Positions 1 to 10,503 of a DNA stretch of 64,000 nucleotides are shown in pieces; the stretch's first letter is position 1, and each line of letters opens with the position of its first letter. The position numbers and the translations under genes are program-made. Source of the DNA: Botryllus schlosseri (taxonomy: Eukaryota); the NCBI GenBank assembly GCA_051294905.1, contig CM119378.1, positions 24,924,001 to 24,988,000 on the forward strand, given 5' to 3'. The notes beneath the pieces are model-generated. The model was not told the DNA's origin. It was given only the letters and a program-made list of their open reading frames with translations, and searched no databases.

Positions 1-119
1 AATTTCAATGCAAAACTCTGAACTACAATAACCTCGCTTCGATTGGTTGGAATTGAGTCAAATTTGCGATGCACCAATTTCATGGTATCGCCAGTCAAGT
101 TTGCAAGTACTTTTTATTA

Positions 120-440
120 GTTTTTAATAATCACAGAGCTTCTTGGACGTACGGAACTTCAATATACAATTGTATAGTATGTTGTTATTGAAATGAGCCC
201 AAATAATCATCAGCAACTAGTAGAGATTTGGAAAGGACATTGTATATCTGCAATCGTATCACAAAATATGACGTCACCTGCATGAAACTTCGAATAATCT
301 GGGCTAAGAAAGCACTTAAGCTCAATGTGCTATTTTTAGATGGTACAAAAACTTCTTCTGTTAGCACAGACTTGGTCGGAGCATTTTGATAAAAGTTGAC
401 TTTCTAATAATGAATTCAAAACTTTGTGACTACCATATCT
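120..440 (-). mobile_element. Penelope-like element 3' fragment (end of GIY-YIG domain plus pLTR; hammerhead core deleted)
   Basis: Minus strand reads ESTFIKMLRPSLC*QKKFLYHLKI, homologous to the 1870-2185 peptide. The pLTR ttccaaatctctactagttgctgatgat follows but lacks the CTGACGA...GAAA segment. Confidence 0.85.
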
Positions 441-1120
441 TCGCAGTATTGCGACGGCTATTCTGCGGCCGTTGAGCATGTTCACATTGACGTCGAATTA
501 CAGGCAGATTCAATTGAATCAATACTAGTCAACGCTCGAGACTACCAGACCACGGTCTGATATACATCGACCTCGCCTTCCGACACTTGCCACCTCTTTT
601 TTGTCGCCTGTCCTTTTATGATTTCACCTTTCATTTCTCATTCGGTGTGCATGATTCTTCTTTACATCGCCTAGGTCCTGGTGGGTGTCTGATTTCAAAG
701 ACTACTCCAAGTCGTTTCGACACCTTCCTGTCTTTTCATTGTATTGCAGTATCGTTTTGCTTTGAAAGGATAAAACTCAATCATTAGCAGTATCTTTCTC
801 AAACATTCCAACTGCTTTGAACGAAAGTATCCTATGCGTGTGAAGTAACAATCCCCAAATAGTCATCTCGGTTTTCCAGTTGAATTTCCGAGTCACCGCA
901 CATCTACTCAACGCGGACCAAGCTCTGAATGTTTTGACGAACGGACCAGGTGTCGACATGTAAGTCTTAAAATCTATGTTGATTTTGAAGATTCTTTTGG
1001 AAGTGTATAAACTTTAATGTCTGACATAATCCAAAATATTTTGGGTTGCCACTCATCCGGGTTATTGTCAGCTGCTAGTAGAGAACGTTGAATAACCGGC
1101 GCACTGTCTTCCGTTTCCAG

Positions 1121-1211
1121 CTCCGAAAGTGGCAAGATTGTAAATCATCAAGCTAGCTCGGACTATTTGAATCACGGCGGAGGAATTATTTCGATTAACA
1201 TGCGTAACATG
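1121..1211 (+). CDS. STAT: STAT5/6-like exon (DNA-binding domain): SESGKIVNHQASSDYLNHGGGIISINMRNM
   Basis: Acceptor ccgtttccag|, donor |gtatga. Aligns to STAT5 SGEILNN...TLSAHFRNM. Ends phase 0, matching the next exon. Confidence 0.88.
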
Positions 1212-1786
1212 GTATGATTTTTTCCTTGTCATGATATCCAGCAGTGGGTGAGCAGTAGGGTTGTTTATTTATTTAAAAATAACTTTTTTCCCCGGATGCA
1301 CTGATTAAATTGTTAGGTTACCTAAAAAACGCTGCACACCAAATTTGTTTCAACCCCATGATATTGTTAAGTTGTTTAAAAGAACGATGCTAAACAATTT
1401 TTGGTCACTTCCAACCAGTAGAAGTGAGGCTATTGCAGTTGGAAATTTCGTATTCGCAAAAATAGCCTGGACGGTGGGTAATCCCAAAATTATTGATAAA
1501 AAACTCAAATAACTTCGCCTCTACGGGTTGGAATTGCGTTAAATTTGTTGTGCATCGTTTTAGTAGACAACTCTTCAATTTCATGGGGTTGACGGTAAAT
1601 TTTTAATTATAATAAATGCGAAATTTCCAAACTCCTGTGTGTTCACATCTATCAGTTGGAATGGAGCCACATTTGGTGTGCATCGTTTTTGAGGCAACCA
1701 AACACGTCACAACACGGTCGCACGGTGTCAGAAAACTATAATCTGCAAATACTAGACTATTAAATAGTATATTCATATTGAAATGA

Positions 1787-1820
1787 ACCCGAATATTTTC
1801 GGCTGACACTCGTCAGGGGT
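1787..1820 (-). ncRNA. Minimal type I hammerhead ribozyme, intact core, antisense copy
   Basis: Exact reverse complement of 2255-2288. Confidence 0.78.
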
Positions 1821-2254
1821 AATCGTCAGCAACTAGTAGAGAATTGGAAAGAACATTGTATATCAACATAAACCAACATGTCCCCAGATTTATCAGAACA
1901 CGCTCAGTGAAAAGCTCACCCTTAACTCATCCACTTAAGATTGATGCTGATCGATCAAAAGCCATTAATTCTGCCATCGGCAAACATCTGTTGGATAATC
2001 TGATTTGTGCGAATAATTATCGAGACGACCGATTTCGAATCGTAGGGCGAGGCCGTTCACAATTCCATTTGTGTGCCTTGGAATCAACTTTTATCAAAAT
2101 ACACCAACCAAAACTCTGTCAACAAAAGGAGTTCGTGTACCACCTAAAAATAGTACATCTAACGCTCTCTCTTTCATGCTGGTGACGTCATATTTTGTGA
2201 TACGATTGTTGATATACAATGTTCTTTCCAATTCTCTACTAGTTGCTGACGATT

Positions 2255-2288
2255 ACCCCTGACGAGTGTCAGCCGAAAATATTCGGGT
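2255..2288 (+). ncRNA. Minimal type I hammerhead ribozyme (Penelope pLTR), intact core
   Basis: ACCC-CTGACGA-G(tgtcagc)C-GAA-AATATT-C-GGGT: 4-bp stem I, CUGANGA box, 1-bp stem II, GAAA, palindromic stem III AATATT, UH cleavage site. Confidence 0.8.
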
Positions 2289-2653
2289 TCATTTCAATAT
2301 GAATATACTATTTAATTGTATATTGAAGTTCTGTACCTCCAAGAAGCTCTTCAAATACTAGATTGGAGATCTTGATTTATTTCTTATAGGTTACAGGCAG
2401 TATAAGTAGTTCGAATAAGTAGTTCCAGTATGTAAAACGTACACGAGTGTTCAGAAAAAGTTGTCTGGAAACATTGTCACACAAGTAAGTAGTTCACATG
2501 AAACCTAATTGAGTGTTCGGAAAAAACAGATTGCCGCATTAGTAAGTGGTTTGCCTAAAACGACGAGACAAAAGTTACCACAAGTTGAGAAATGTAGGAG
2601 TATTTCGTTACTGGCCACCCCTTGTTACCGGGGCGCTTCACCCTCATTGGCAG

Positions 2654-2785
2654 TGTCTGAAAATGCAACAACGAGGCGGGCAACGAAGCCAGGAAATGGT
2701 GGCCGAACACAAATTCGCGATGCTGTTCAGAGCAAACATTGATGTTCACCACAATCCGTCGCAACCAACAACCGTCGTCGCAGAG
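2654..2785 (+). CDS. STAT: STAT exon: CLKMQQRGGQRSQEMVAEHKFAMLFRANIDVHHNPSQPTTVVAE
   Basis: Acceptor cattggcag|, donor |gtaagt; 132 nt, phase 0-0. Aligns to STAT5 [25 protein letters not shown]. Confidence 0.92.
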
Positions 2786-2811
2786 GTAAGTTGATCTCAC
2801 CAGACTTGTGC

Positions 2812-3185
2812 AAACTACTGGATTTTTAAAAGTCGCAACTACAACTAGAACTACACACTTTTCAAAATACGAAAGTTGAACTTGAACTAGAACTACCGGT
2901 ACTCAATTTTCAAAACTCCCTACCAGAACTTGAACTAGAACTACTCATTTTTCAAAAGTCGCAACTTGAACTAAAACTGGTACTACTCACTTTTCAAAAT
3001 ACACAATTAGAGCTAGAATTAGAATTACTTACTTTTGAAAACTCGCAACCAAAACTAGAACTACGTACCTTTCCAAATATGTAACTATAGCTAAAAAAAA
3101 CTACTGATTTTTCAAAAGTCTCAACTCGAAATAGAACGGAATGTACTCACATTTTTAAAAACGCAACTAGAAGTAGAACTATATC
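2812..3185 (+). repeat. Short-motif array (ctagaact/ttttcaaaa units); related copies at 51835-52200 (-) and 53660-53770
   Basis: About 8 imperfect repeats of aactagaactac...ttttcaaaa; the same pattern occurs reverse-complemented at 51.8-52.2 kb. Confidence 0.85.
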
Positions 3186-3228
3186 TCGCCAATTTCGATC
3201 ACTGTAATGGTTTGTTAACATTTTCCAG

Positions 3229-3321
3229 ACAATGTCGCTTCCGATCGTGGTGATATCTCACGGGAAGCAGGAGGCAGACGCGCAAGCCACTATTTTCTGG
3301 GATAACGCCTTCTCAAAATTG
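3229..3321 (+). CDS. STAT: STAT exon: [31 protein letters not shown]
   Basis: ttttccag| ... |gtaaga; 93 nt. Close match to STAT5 [28 protein letters not shown]. Confidence 0.96.
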
Positions 3322-3874
3322 GTAAGAATCTTCCAAGTGCGGTATTCAATGCTTTGGGTTGGTCACGACTTCACACAAATGTAAATTTGATTAACGTGCA
3401 TAGCTTTTTACTACATATTCGATATGCTGCAAAACGACCAATTGAGGTTTACGACCTTTCGCAGTGGAAGATACGAACGAAGCTATAACTCTCATAGTGG
3501 CATTGTATGATTCCAGTACTCGAAAATCATTTCCCACATTTGGATTCGAATCACTGAGCCCTTGTTTCCAGAATTGAGCAGAGAAATGGATTTGATCAGA
3601 CAGCATTTTAAAAAACATCTGCCTGACCGTCCGTTAACTACTTTACTGAGTTGTTTTCAGTAAGTATTGAGTCCTTTATAATTCGCATCACCACTTTATT
3701 GACACAAAATCGGTCTCACACAATGCCATCCACTATAAAACGGGTCTCTGCATGTATTGTATGCTCAAGAGAAAATTATCGTACAAATGATTGGCGGTAC
3801 AGAATTTGGAATGGCGATTTGAAAGTACGTTGATGATAAACATCTATCATTACTTGCCCCTTATCAAGAAAAAT

Positions 3875-4325
3875 CTCAGCTTTTCCAAGTAAGACTAAAA
3901 TTAGAATTACAGCTACACAGTTACTTCCCAATTAAATTAAAATTAGAATTTTAGGTACACAATTATTTCCACATTGGATCAAAATTGGCCGCACAGTTTT
4001 TCTCCAAATTGACTAGAATTCGAATTACTGAATTTGCGAAAGCTTGAACATTGAATCCAGTTCTGTTACTATCACGTCACAGTTGATTCTTATCAGCATG
4101 AGAACCGCCAATTTCTGTACGGCAAGCCTGGCTTGTTTCGCACCATACAGTTCTCCTGTGGCATGTGTAGTAAAACTACAAATTAGATTAGAATTAAAAT
4201 TAGATCATAGAAAGATTTCACAAATTAGATTACAATTAGAACAACAAAACATTTGACAAATTAGATTGTAATCAGGTTACCGGCATATCGCTCTAATTTA
4301 GTCTAATCGGACAGCTGGAATTATC
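3875..4325 (+). repeat. Dispersed repeat built of ttagaattac/ccaaatt units; copies at about 10150-10415 and 52715-53075
   Basis: Shared text tcagcttttccaa, attagaattacagctaca, cacaaattagatta and terminal ggaattatc in all copies. Confidence 0.8.
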
Positions 4326-4914
4326 TAGTTTAACAAGTCTGCAAAAGACACCAGCACAATAAGGAAATGAAACAGAGTTGAAATCCAAACGAAATGGCAA
4401 ATTTCGACGCGATAATGTCGGATTTATAAATAGAACCAATAGAAACTCGATTGCGGAAATTGAACTGAATTGTTTCTGCGTTTCAGTTTGTATTGACGGT
4501 ATTCATGAATCTGACATTATTGCGTTCTCGTTGGCGATTTGTAGTGCACCATGAAATCTGTGTGGTGCTTTCAAACCTGAAGTTTAATTGTTCATAATTT
4601 TACTACTTCCCCTCCCCGTCCCGATTATAATCAAATGGTGCATGTTGGGTGAGCAAACTGTGTGCCTTCACCTGCGATGAGTTCGAGTCAAGTAATGAGA
4701 GACGATATTTTGGTTAATAAAATGATACGATCCTCTCCAAAAAGAGTTGATTTATCAGCGAGAATAATAGTTTTAAAAAAACACCAAATCATCTTTATAA
4801 GGTAGAGAAGTGGCATGATCTTCTTTGTAGTTGCATAAAAAGTAGGATACATATATTAAATTTCCACAGGATCCATACTCTTATCTTTTGACGTAGTAAT
4901 GATAATACTAGTAT

Positions 4915-5301
4915 TGTATGCAACTGAATATTATATTCATATTGAAATGAACCCATATATTTTCGGCTGACACTTGTCAGGGGTAAATGTCACCAATTAG
5001 TAGAAAATTGGAAAGAACATTGTACCATTGTATACGCCAACAGAGTCTGTGCCGACAGAAGGAGTTCTTCTACCATCTAAAAATAGCCTCAGCTCTGTCG
5101 TCACTCCGATTATTTGAAATTCCATGCACGCGACCTCATATTTTGTTATAGGATTGTTGATATACAATGTTCTTTCCAATTCTCTAGTAGTTGCTGACGA
5201 TTACCCCTGACGAGTGTCAGCCGAAAATACTCGAGTTCATTTCAATGTGAATACACTATTCAATTGTATATTGAAGTTCTGTACCTCCAAAAAGCTCTAC
5301 C
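4915..5301 (+). mobile_element. Truncated Penelope-like insertion with inverted pLTR pair; degenerate hammerheads at 4951-4984 (-) and 5203-5236 (+)
   Basis: Same pLTR sequence as 1757-2351 in inverted arrangement. Flanked by aatactagtat (4904-4914) and aatactggtat (5302-5312). Confidence 0.88.
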
Positions 5302-5485
5302 AATACTGGTATACTAGATTCGAAGTCTAAAATCAAGAACTCAGGTACTCAATTTTGCTAAGCGGTACCTGTATCCATTGACATATAAATCTTGACAATG
5401 CAAAAAAAATATATTGAAACCACCCGAAATTGATGTAACCGTATGTTTCTGTTTGATTGAATGCTGCAATACTCTTTTTTCTCAG

Positions 5486-5642
5486 AACCGTAAGCCGTTT
5501 GAGGTAGACTCAAACGTACCATGGACTGACCTTCTAGACGCGCTCGACAAGAGATGGAAAAAAGCTTGCGACGAAGGTCAGAGCGGAAAGGTCGTCGGAC
5601 TGACAGATCAAGCTCGGCGCTTTTTGACCAGAAAGATGTACA
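5486..5642 (+). CDS. STAT: STAT linker exon: NRKPFEVDSNVPWTDLLDALDKRWKKACDEGQSGKVVGLTDQARRFLTRKMY
   Basis: ttttctcag| ... |gtgagt; phase 0-1. Aligns to STAT5 [21 protein letters not shown]...GLTKENLVFLAQKLF. Confidence 0.95.
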
Positions 5643-5664
5643 GTGAGTAGCATGCCCGGAGTTT

Positions 5665-5970
5665 TACAGCTATTGAATAGTGTATTGATTTTGAAATGAA
5701 CCCGAATATTTATGGGTGTTAGGGGTCATCGTCAGCAACTAGTAAAGAATTAGAAAGAACATTGTATAGCAACGATCGTATCACAGAATATGACATCACC
5801 GCATGAAATTTCGAATTATGGAGGCGAACAGATGGCTTAAGCCTTAAGCCCATTGTACTATTTTCAAGAGTTCACGTATAATCTAAAAATAGTACATTGG
5901 ACATCGACTATTCAAATTTTTATGCCTGTGACGTCTTATTTGTTGATTGTTGATACACAATGTTTTATTC
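5665..5970 (-). mobile_element. Degraded Penelope-like pLTR fragments
   Basis: aaatgaacccgaatatt...gtcagcaactagt...gaaagaacattgtata matches the reversed pLTR. The plus-strand 3'-end piece ctaaaaatagtacat lies at about 5883. Confidence 0.8.
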
Positions 5971-6139
5971 ATTTCTTTTCAATTCTACTTTACGTTTTTC
6001 AAAATCTAAATCGTTAAAGCTAAATAAAGCTAAGGAATAGGATGGCATGGTATATTTTTGTCGTTGATGTTTTTGTGGCATACACACCGACTCACGATGT
6101 TAATACACAAGATCTGTTCATATGTATATCATTAGTGAA

Positions 6140-6290
6140 TGGTGTGCATATGACGCTGGACAAGGAAGGTTCAGAAATATTCTTGTAAGGCTTTCTAAGT
6201 CACGCACCACCTCTCCATGCTATCCCGGTAATGCTGAGTGCCAAGTGGGGCGGCCATGCATACCAGTATTCCTAATCAGGGCCGGGGATT
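6140..6290 (-). mobile_element. tRNA-derived SINE, 3' portion
   Basis: Reverse complement matches 11760-11885 (gcatggagatgtggtg...ttagaaagccttgcaag...ccttccttgtccagcg). Confidence 0.7.
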
Positions 6291-6879
6291 GAAAAAGTAG
6301 AAGTTTTCCTTGAAAAAACTGTTCCAATGGAAGCGGAATTAGTGTTCAACCAATTTGGAGATTGACAAAAGTAGTCTTAATTTAATTGAGTAAGGACTAA
6401 AATGACTTCGTAACATGATGCAAAAAAGATTTTTGAAATTTCTAGATCAATATAAAATATGATGTTTCATTTCTCTGATTAAAGGACCAGCATTCAACTT
6501 CTTGTGTTTTGCAATCGAGATATGAGATACGAGGGCTGATGAAAATCGTGTATTATTCATTATGATGTCATAACATTATGGATGAAGTGGGAAGTTCATA
6601 TATGCTACCACAAACAGAACAATGTCAGGTTTACATCACATTAAGGATAATTTGGCTTTTTGACCATAATTATTTCAATGCACTTTGTCACAATGCTATT
6701 GGTAAATCACGTCTCCACAGATATGTCATTTCCACGAACGTGGGTGGCTTTCAGGCTTTGTACTGCATGTTTATTGTGCTGCGATACGACCAATTTAGGT
6801 CTACAGCCTTCCACAGAGGAAAACAGTATCGAATCTATAACTTTAGTTGATAGTATTACTCAATAATATTACTATTAAG

Positions 6880-7070
6880 TTACAATTAAATAGTATATTC
6901 ATATTGAAATGAAACCGAACATTTCTGGCTGTCACTCGTCAGGGGTAATTCTCTACTAGTTGCTGACGATTACCCCTGACGAGTGTCAGCCAAAAATATT
7001 CGGGTTCATCATAATATGAATATACTATTTAAATGTATATTGGAGTTCTGCACCTCCAAGAAGCTCTTCG
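6880..7070 (+). mobile_element. Back-to-back inverted Penelope pLTR pair; hammerhead 6972-7005 (+) with G12A change, degenerate copy 6913-6946 (-)
   Basis: tacccctgacgagtgtcagccAaaaatattcgggtt: the catalytic GAAA has become AAAA. An inverted copy lies immediately upstream. Confidence 0.88.
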
Positions 7071-7169
7071 AATCCGAATTAATCATTAATCGTCAGAAGT
7101 AATACTCGATTCAGATTGGAGCTCTCCAGTCATTGCTTCTAGCCCAAAAAATGACCCGACAATTTTCAG

Positions 7170-7317
7170 ATCAATCGGATATACCGGCGGGAACTTTGAT
7201 CTCGTGGCAGAGATTCAACCACGAAAAGGGCTCCAACCCGATTACGTTTTGGACGTGGTTTTTCAAGGTTATGGAGCTCTGCAGCAGCTCTCACGTCAGA
7301 AAATACTGGAATAAGGG
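7170..7317 (+). CDS. STAT: STAT linker exon: NQSDIPAGTLISWQRFNHEKGSNPITFWTWFFKVMELCSSSHVRKYWNKG
   Basis: attttcag| ... |gtgcgt; phase 1-2. Matches STAT5 VSWSQFNRE...TFWQWFDGVME...HWNDG. Confidence 0.95.
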
Positions 7318-7599
7318 GTGCGTACGCTCATCGCTTATATAAATTCGTATTCAAGTAGATCAATGCAGCAGTTGACCTCCTCGTCACGACACCGACGTGT
7401 AAGCTGTATTTTACAAGCATAGATAATAATTTGATTTGATTTGACTTTAGCGTTATCCCTTTAGTTTTTCGAGAAAGATGAGATCCTTATCTTATCAAAT
7501 GTGTATTTCTGTACACTCCGTCAAGACAAACTCGTGGTACAAAACTGCTATTTATGACATTTTTTTGATGATTTAAAACAAATTCGCAAACTTTAAAGG

Positions 7600-8280
7600 T
7601 GGACAACGCCAGCTGGCTCTATGCGGCCGTAAATACTGCAATCACGTGTTGCCAGGAATCTCACCTTTTCAGCAATACCTGAACGAGTCATATGGGCATT
7701 TAGGTTCAGAAATGATGAGTGGAAATGTCTTGTGACCTAATTAGGGTGACTCTTACACAAACAATGACGACTCACAACTTCAGGAGTGTAAATACGACCA
7801 TATAACATAACCACCCTAACAACCACGAAGTTAAAAAGTCCTGCATGGAATCATGTAAATTTGAGCCACGGGTGGACGCAGCTAACTGCACCTTTTCCAC
7901 GTGTCAACCGATACCCCCCCCCCCATAACCTTCAACACCCGCTCAGACGCAGTGGATGTAGGTCTGAAGAGCCATATAATCGCATAGAATACGTCATGCT
8001 TCAATAATCGGTGCTTTTTAAAAGTCAACTGCCGCCAAGCAGATCGTATCAGAAGTTTGTTGTTCGACGTTGTAATGTAATCATATGCGACTTATAGCAA
8101 ACTAAACTCTAATAATATCTTCTTGAAATATCACTATTTGTTGAATTGCCTAAGCTTTGTATCAAGATCAACGGTGACATTCTGCAGTTTTTAACTGGCA
8201 ATATTTTGATCCACATACGTCAGTAGACAGTAGGTCGCAATACACAATCCTTCATCTCATCTAAAATCTCGGCCCACCTC
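7600..8280 (-). mobile_element. Degraded hAT transposase remnant
   Basis: Minus strand at about 7931-7975 reads RPTSTASERVL, the hAT dimerisation-domain motif (P)ATS..SERVFS. Surrounding frames are broken. Confidence 0.55.
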
Positions 8281-8426
8281 TACAAGGAGGTAAAGTGTCT
8301 AAACTAGTGGTTCCAAAACTGTGTGTTGCTGATCAAGTGGTCGTGATTTTGATTCGTGTTGGGAATTATCCAGGAAAAGCCGGAGAGCAGGACTTATTTT
8401 GTTTAAATTTCCGATTCTCATTTTAG

Positions 8427-8566
8427 ATACATTCACGGTTTTGTCAGCAAATCGGAATGCCACGACATGCTGATGCGGACTGCCAAAACCGGAGTGTTCC
8501 TCTTCCGATTTAGTGAGACGCAGCTGGGATGCGTGTCGATATCGTGCAACAAAATGGTTGAAGGAG
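8427..8566 (+). CDS. STAT: STAT SH2 exon: YIHGFVSKSECHDMLMRTAKTGVFLFRFSETQLGCVSISCNKMVEG
   Basis: ctcattttag| ... |gtttgt; phase 2-1. SH2 signature G(T/V)FL(L/F)RFS with the invariant Arg present. Confidence 0.96.
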
Positions 8567-10503
8567 GTTTGTTTGCTTGTGTTTGGATTCAAAAAACAAT
8601 CTCTTGTTCACCTTGTGGCTTGGGGGGTTAAAATGATGACGGTCACATGGTAGCGCTAGGTATATTTTTTTAAATAATCATCAGATTATATTTTCATCTG
8701 CCCGAGACACACACAATTTACAATGTGATATGCAAGACACAATGCGATGTGATGAACAGATAGGAGCATAGGCGCCGACTTTCATTTTTTTACGGGGTGA
8801 TGAAGTCTTGTGACGTCATCATTGTTTCTTGTCGATGACGTCATCGTCGCACTAAAATGCACTTTACTACATGCTGCGTACGTGCAGCGTTGAACCATTT
8901 GTGTGACGTTTTAATACCGGCCCTGCGCTCAATAATATCAAACCACGCAGTCGAGTGATTGAATGGAATCTTGAAACGGTACGATCATTCGTCCGACGAT
9001 GTACAATGCATTCCGTCCGATGGAATGCATCGAACAAAAATCAGAATTTACGTCCCTGAGAATTTGGAGTTGCATCAACGTTATGAACGTGCAATGCGCC
9101 GTGTGAGTAACGAAATACACGACACACTGGCCTGGCAAGTAACACACGACTCGGATATGAGGTTTCAAGCAGACAATAATGATGATTACAAACGCGAAAT
9201 CGCGCAGTCAATCAGCAATTGTCTCTTGCGGCTTCGCGTTGAGAAGCTCGCATCGTAGCAATTGTTAGCAGATTAAAACAGCGATTGTGGTGGCAATGGT
9301 GCATTTCCCGGTTTACATTCAAGTAGTATTTTTGGAGTACATCGGTGTATATGCCGCAAATAGATCTAGGAACAATATATAACATAATTATGATATGAAG
9401 GAATGTTGAAAATTCATTTCAACAAAGATAGGTGATGGCAAATGTAATAATAACGCGTAACGCTTCCGACGACACTTTTATGTATCATCGCAAAAATATG
9501 GCAGCAAAATTGAGAGAGATTTTTTATGAACATATAACGTCCAGCATGGTCATTTCCATCCAGCAGCTCATCTTGGAGTTATTACGGAATAGTGGTTATG
9601 TAGATGACAGAAGAGAATAAATGTATTTTGCACACAATATGAAGTCACCGTGATTGACCTTACGACTCCGACTTTTTGTTTTTTCCACAATCCTCAACAA
9701 AACCACTGTACTAGATAATTGGAAAAATCATTCCATGTCATCAATTGTATGACGAAATATGACGTTATGGCCATCATTTGCTACAGGCACTGAAGCCCGA
9801 CCAGTAGTTAAAATATGACTGTTTTGGGGATACATCGTGTGCAGTGGTGCATACAAGGGGTTAGCGTCCTAAATCAATACCCCGTCCTTCTGAAATTCCT
9901 ATTCTTTCTGCAATATGATTAGTTAAGCAATTGGTATCATGCCGTTGCGCTTCGACCGAACAACACGATTACGAAAGGGAACAACAGAAGTTGTGCTGAT
10001 TTTGAATGAATATTCATTTTATTGTTTTCGTTTTGTGTGAAATCATGTTTTAAGTGTTTTATTCTTCATCACTGTTGTTGATGCACTATTTGTTCGTGCA
10101 CCAGTAATCTATAGCAATGTGGTTTTGATTTCGCAGCGAAAATTTAGATTGCCCCTGAAGCAAACTCGGATAAGTAGAAAATTTTCAGCTTTTCCAAAGT
10201 AGATTGGAAATAGAATTAGAGCTACAATGTATTTATTTCCAAATTATATTGCAATTATGATTATAGCTGCAGTTTTTTTTTCCAAATTACTAGAGTTATA
10301 ACTACTGACTTTGCGAAAACTGGGACATTGAATTAAAATTAGAGCAAAGGAACATTTCACAAATTAGGTCAGAATTACATTACCGACATTTTGCTCTAGT
10401 TAGGCAACCGGAATTATCTGGTTCTCCAAGCCTGCCCTGAAGGCTTGCAGGTGAGTGTAAGGGTTCTCCGGTTTTTCGAAGGCCGAGAACTGCTGCTTTA
10501 GGC

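Larger units (their letters stand above)
1757..2351 (+). mobile_element. 5'-truncated Penelope-like retroelement with inverted pLTR; GIY-YIG endonuclease C-terminus at about 1870-2185
   Basis: Peptide SAIGKHLLDNLICANNYRDDRFRIVGRGRSQFHLCALESTFIKIHQPKLCQQKEFVYHLKI is typical of the PLE GIY-YIG end. 1757-1870 is the reverse complement of about 2210-2320. Flanked by the 11-bp direct repeat caaatactaga (1746-1756, 2352-2362). Confidence 0.92.
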
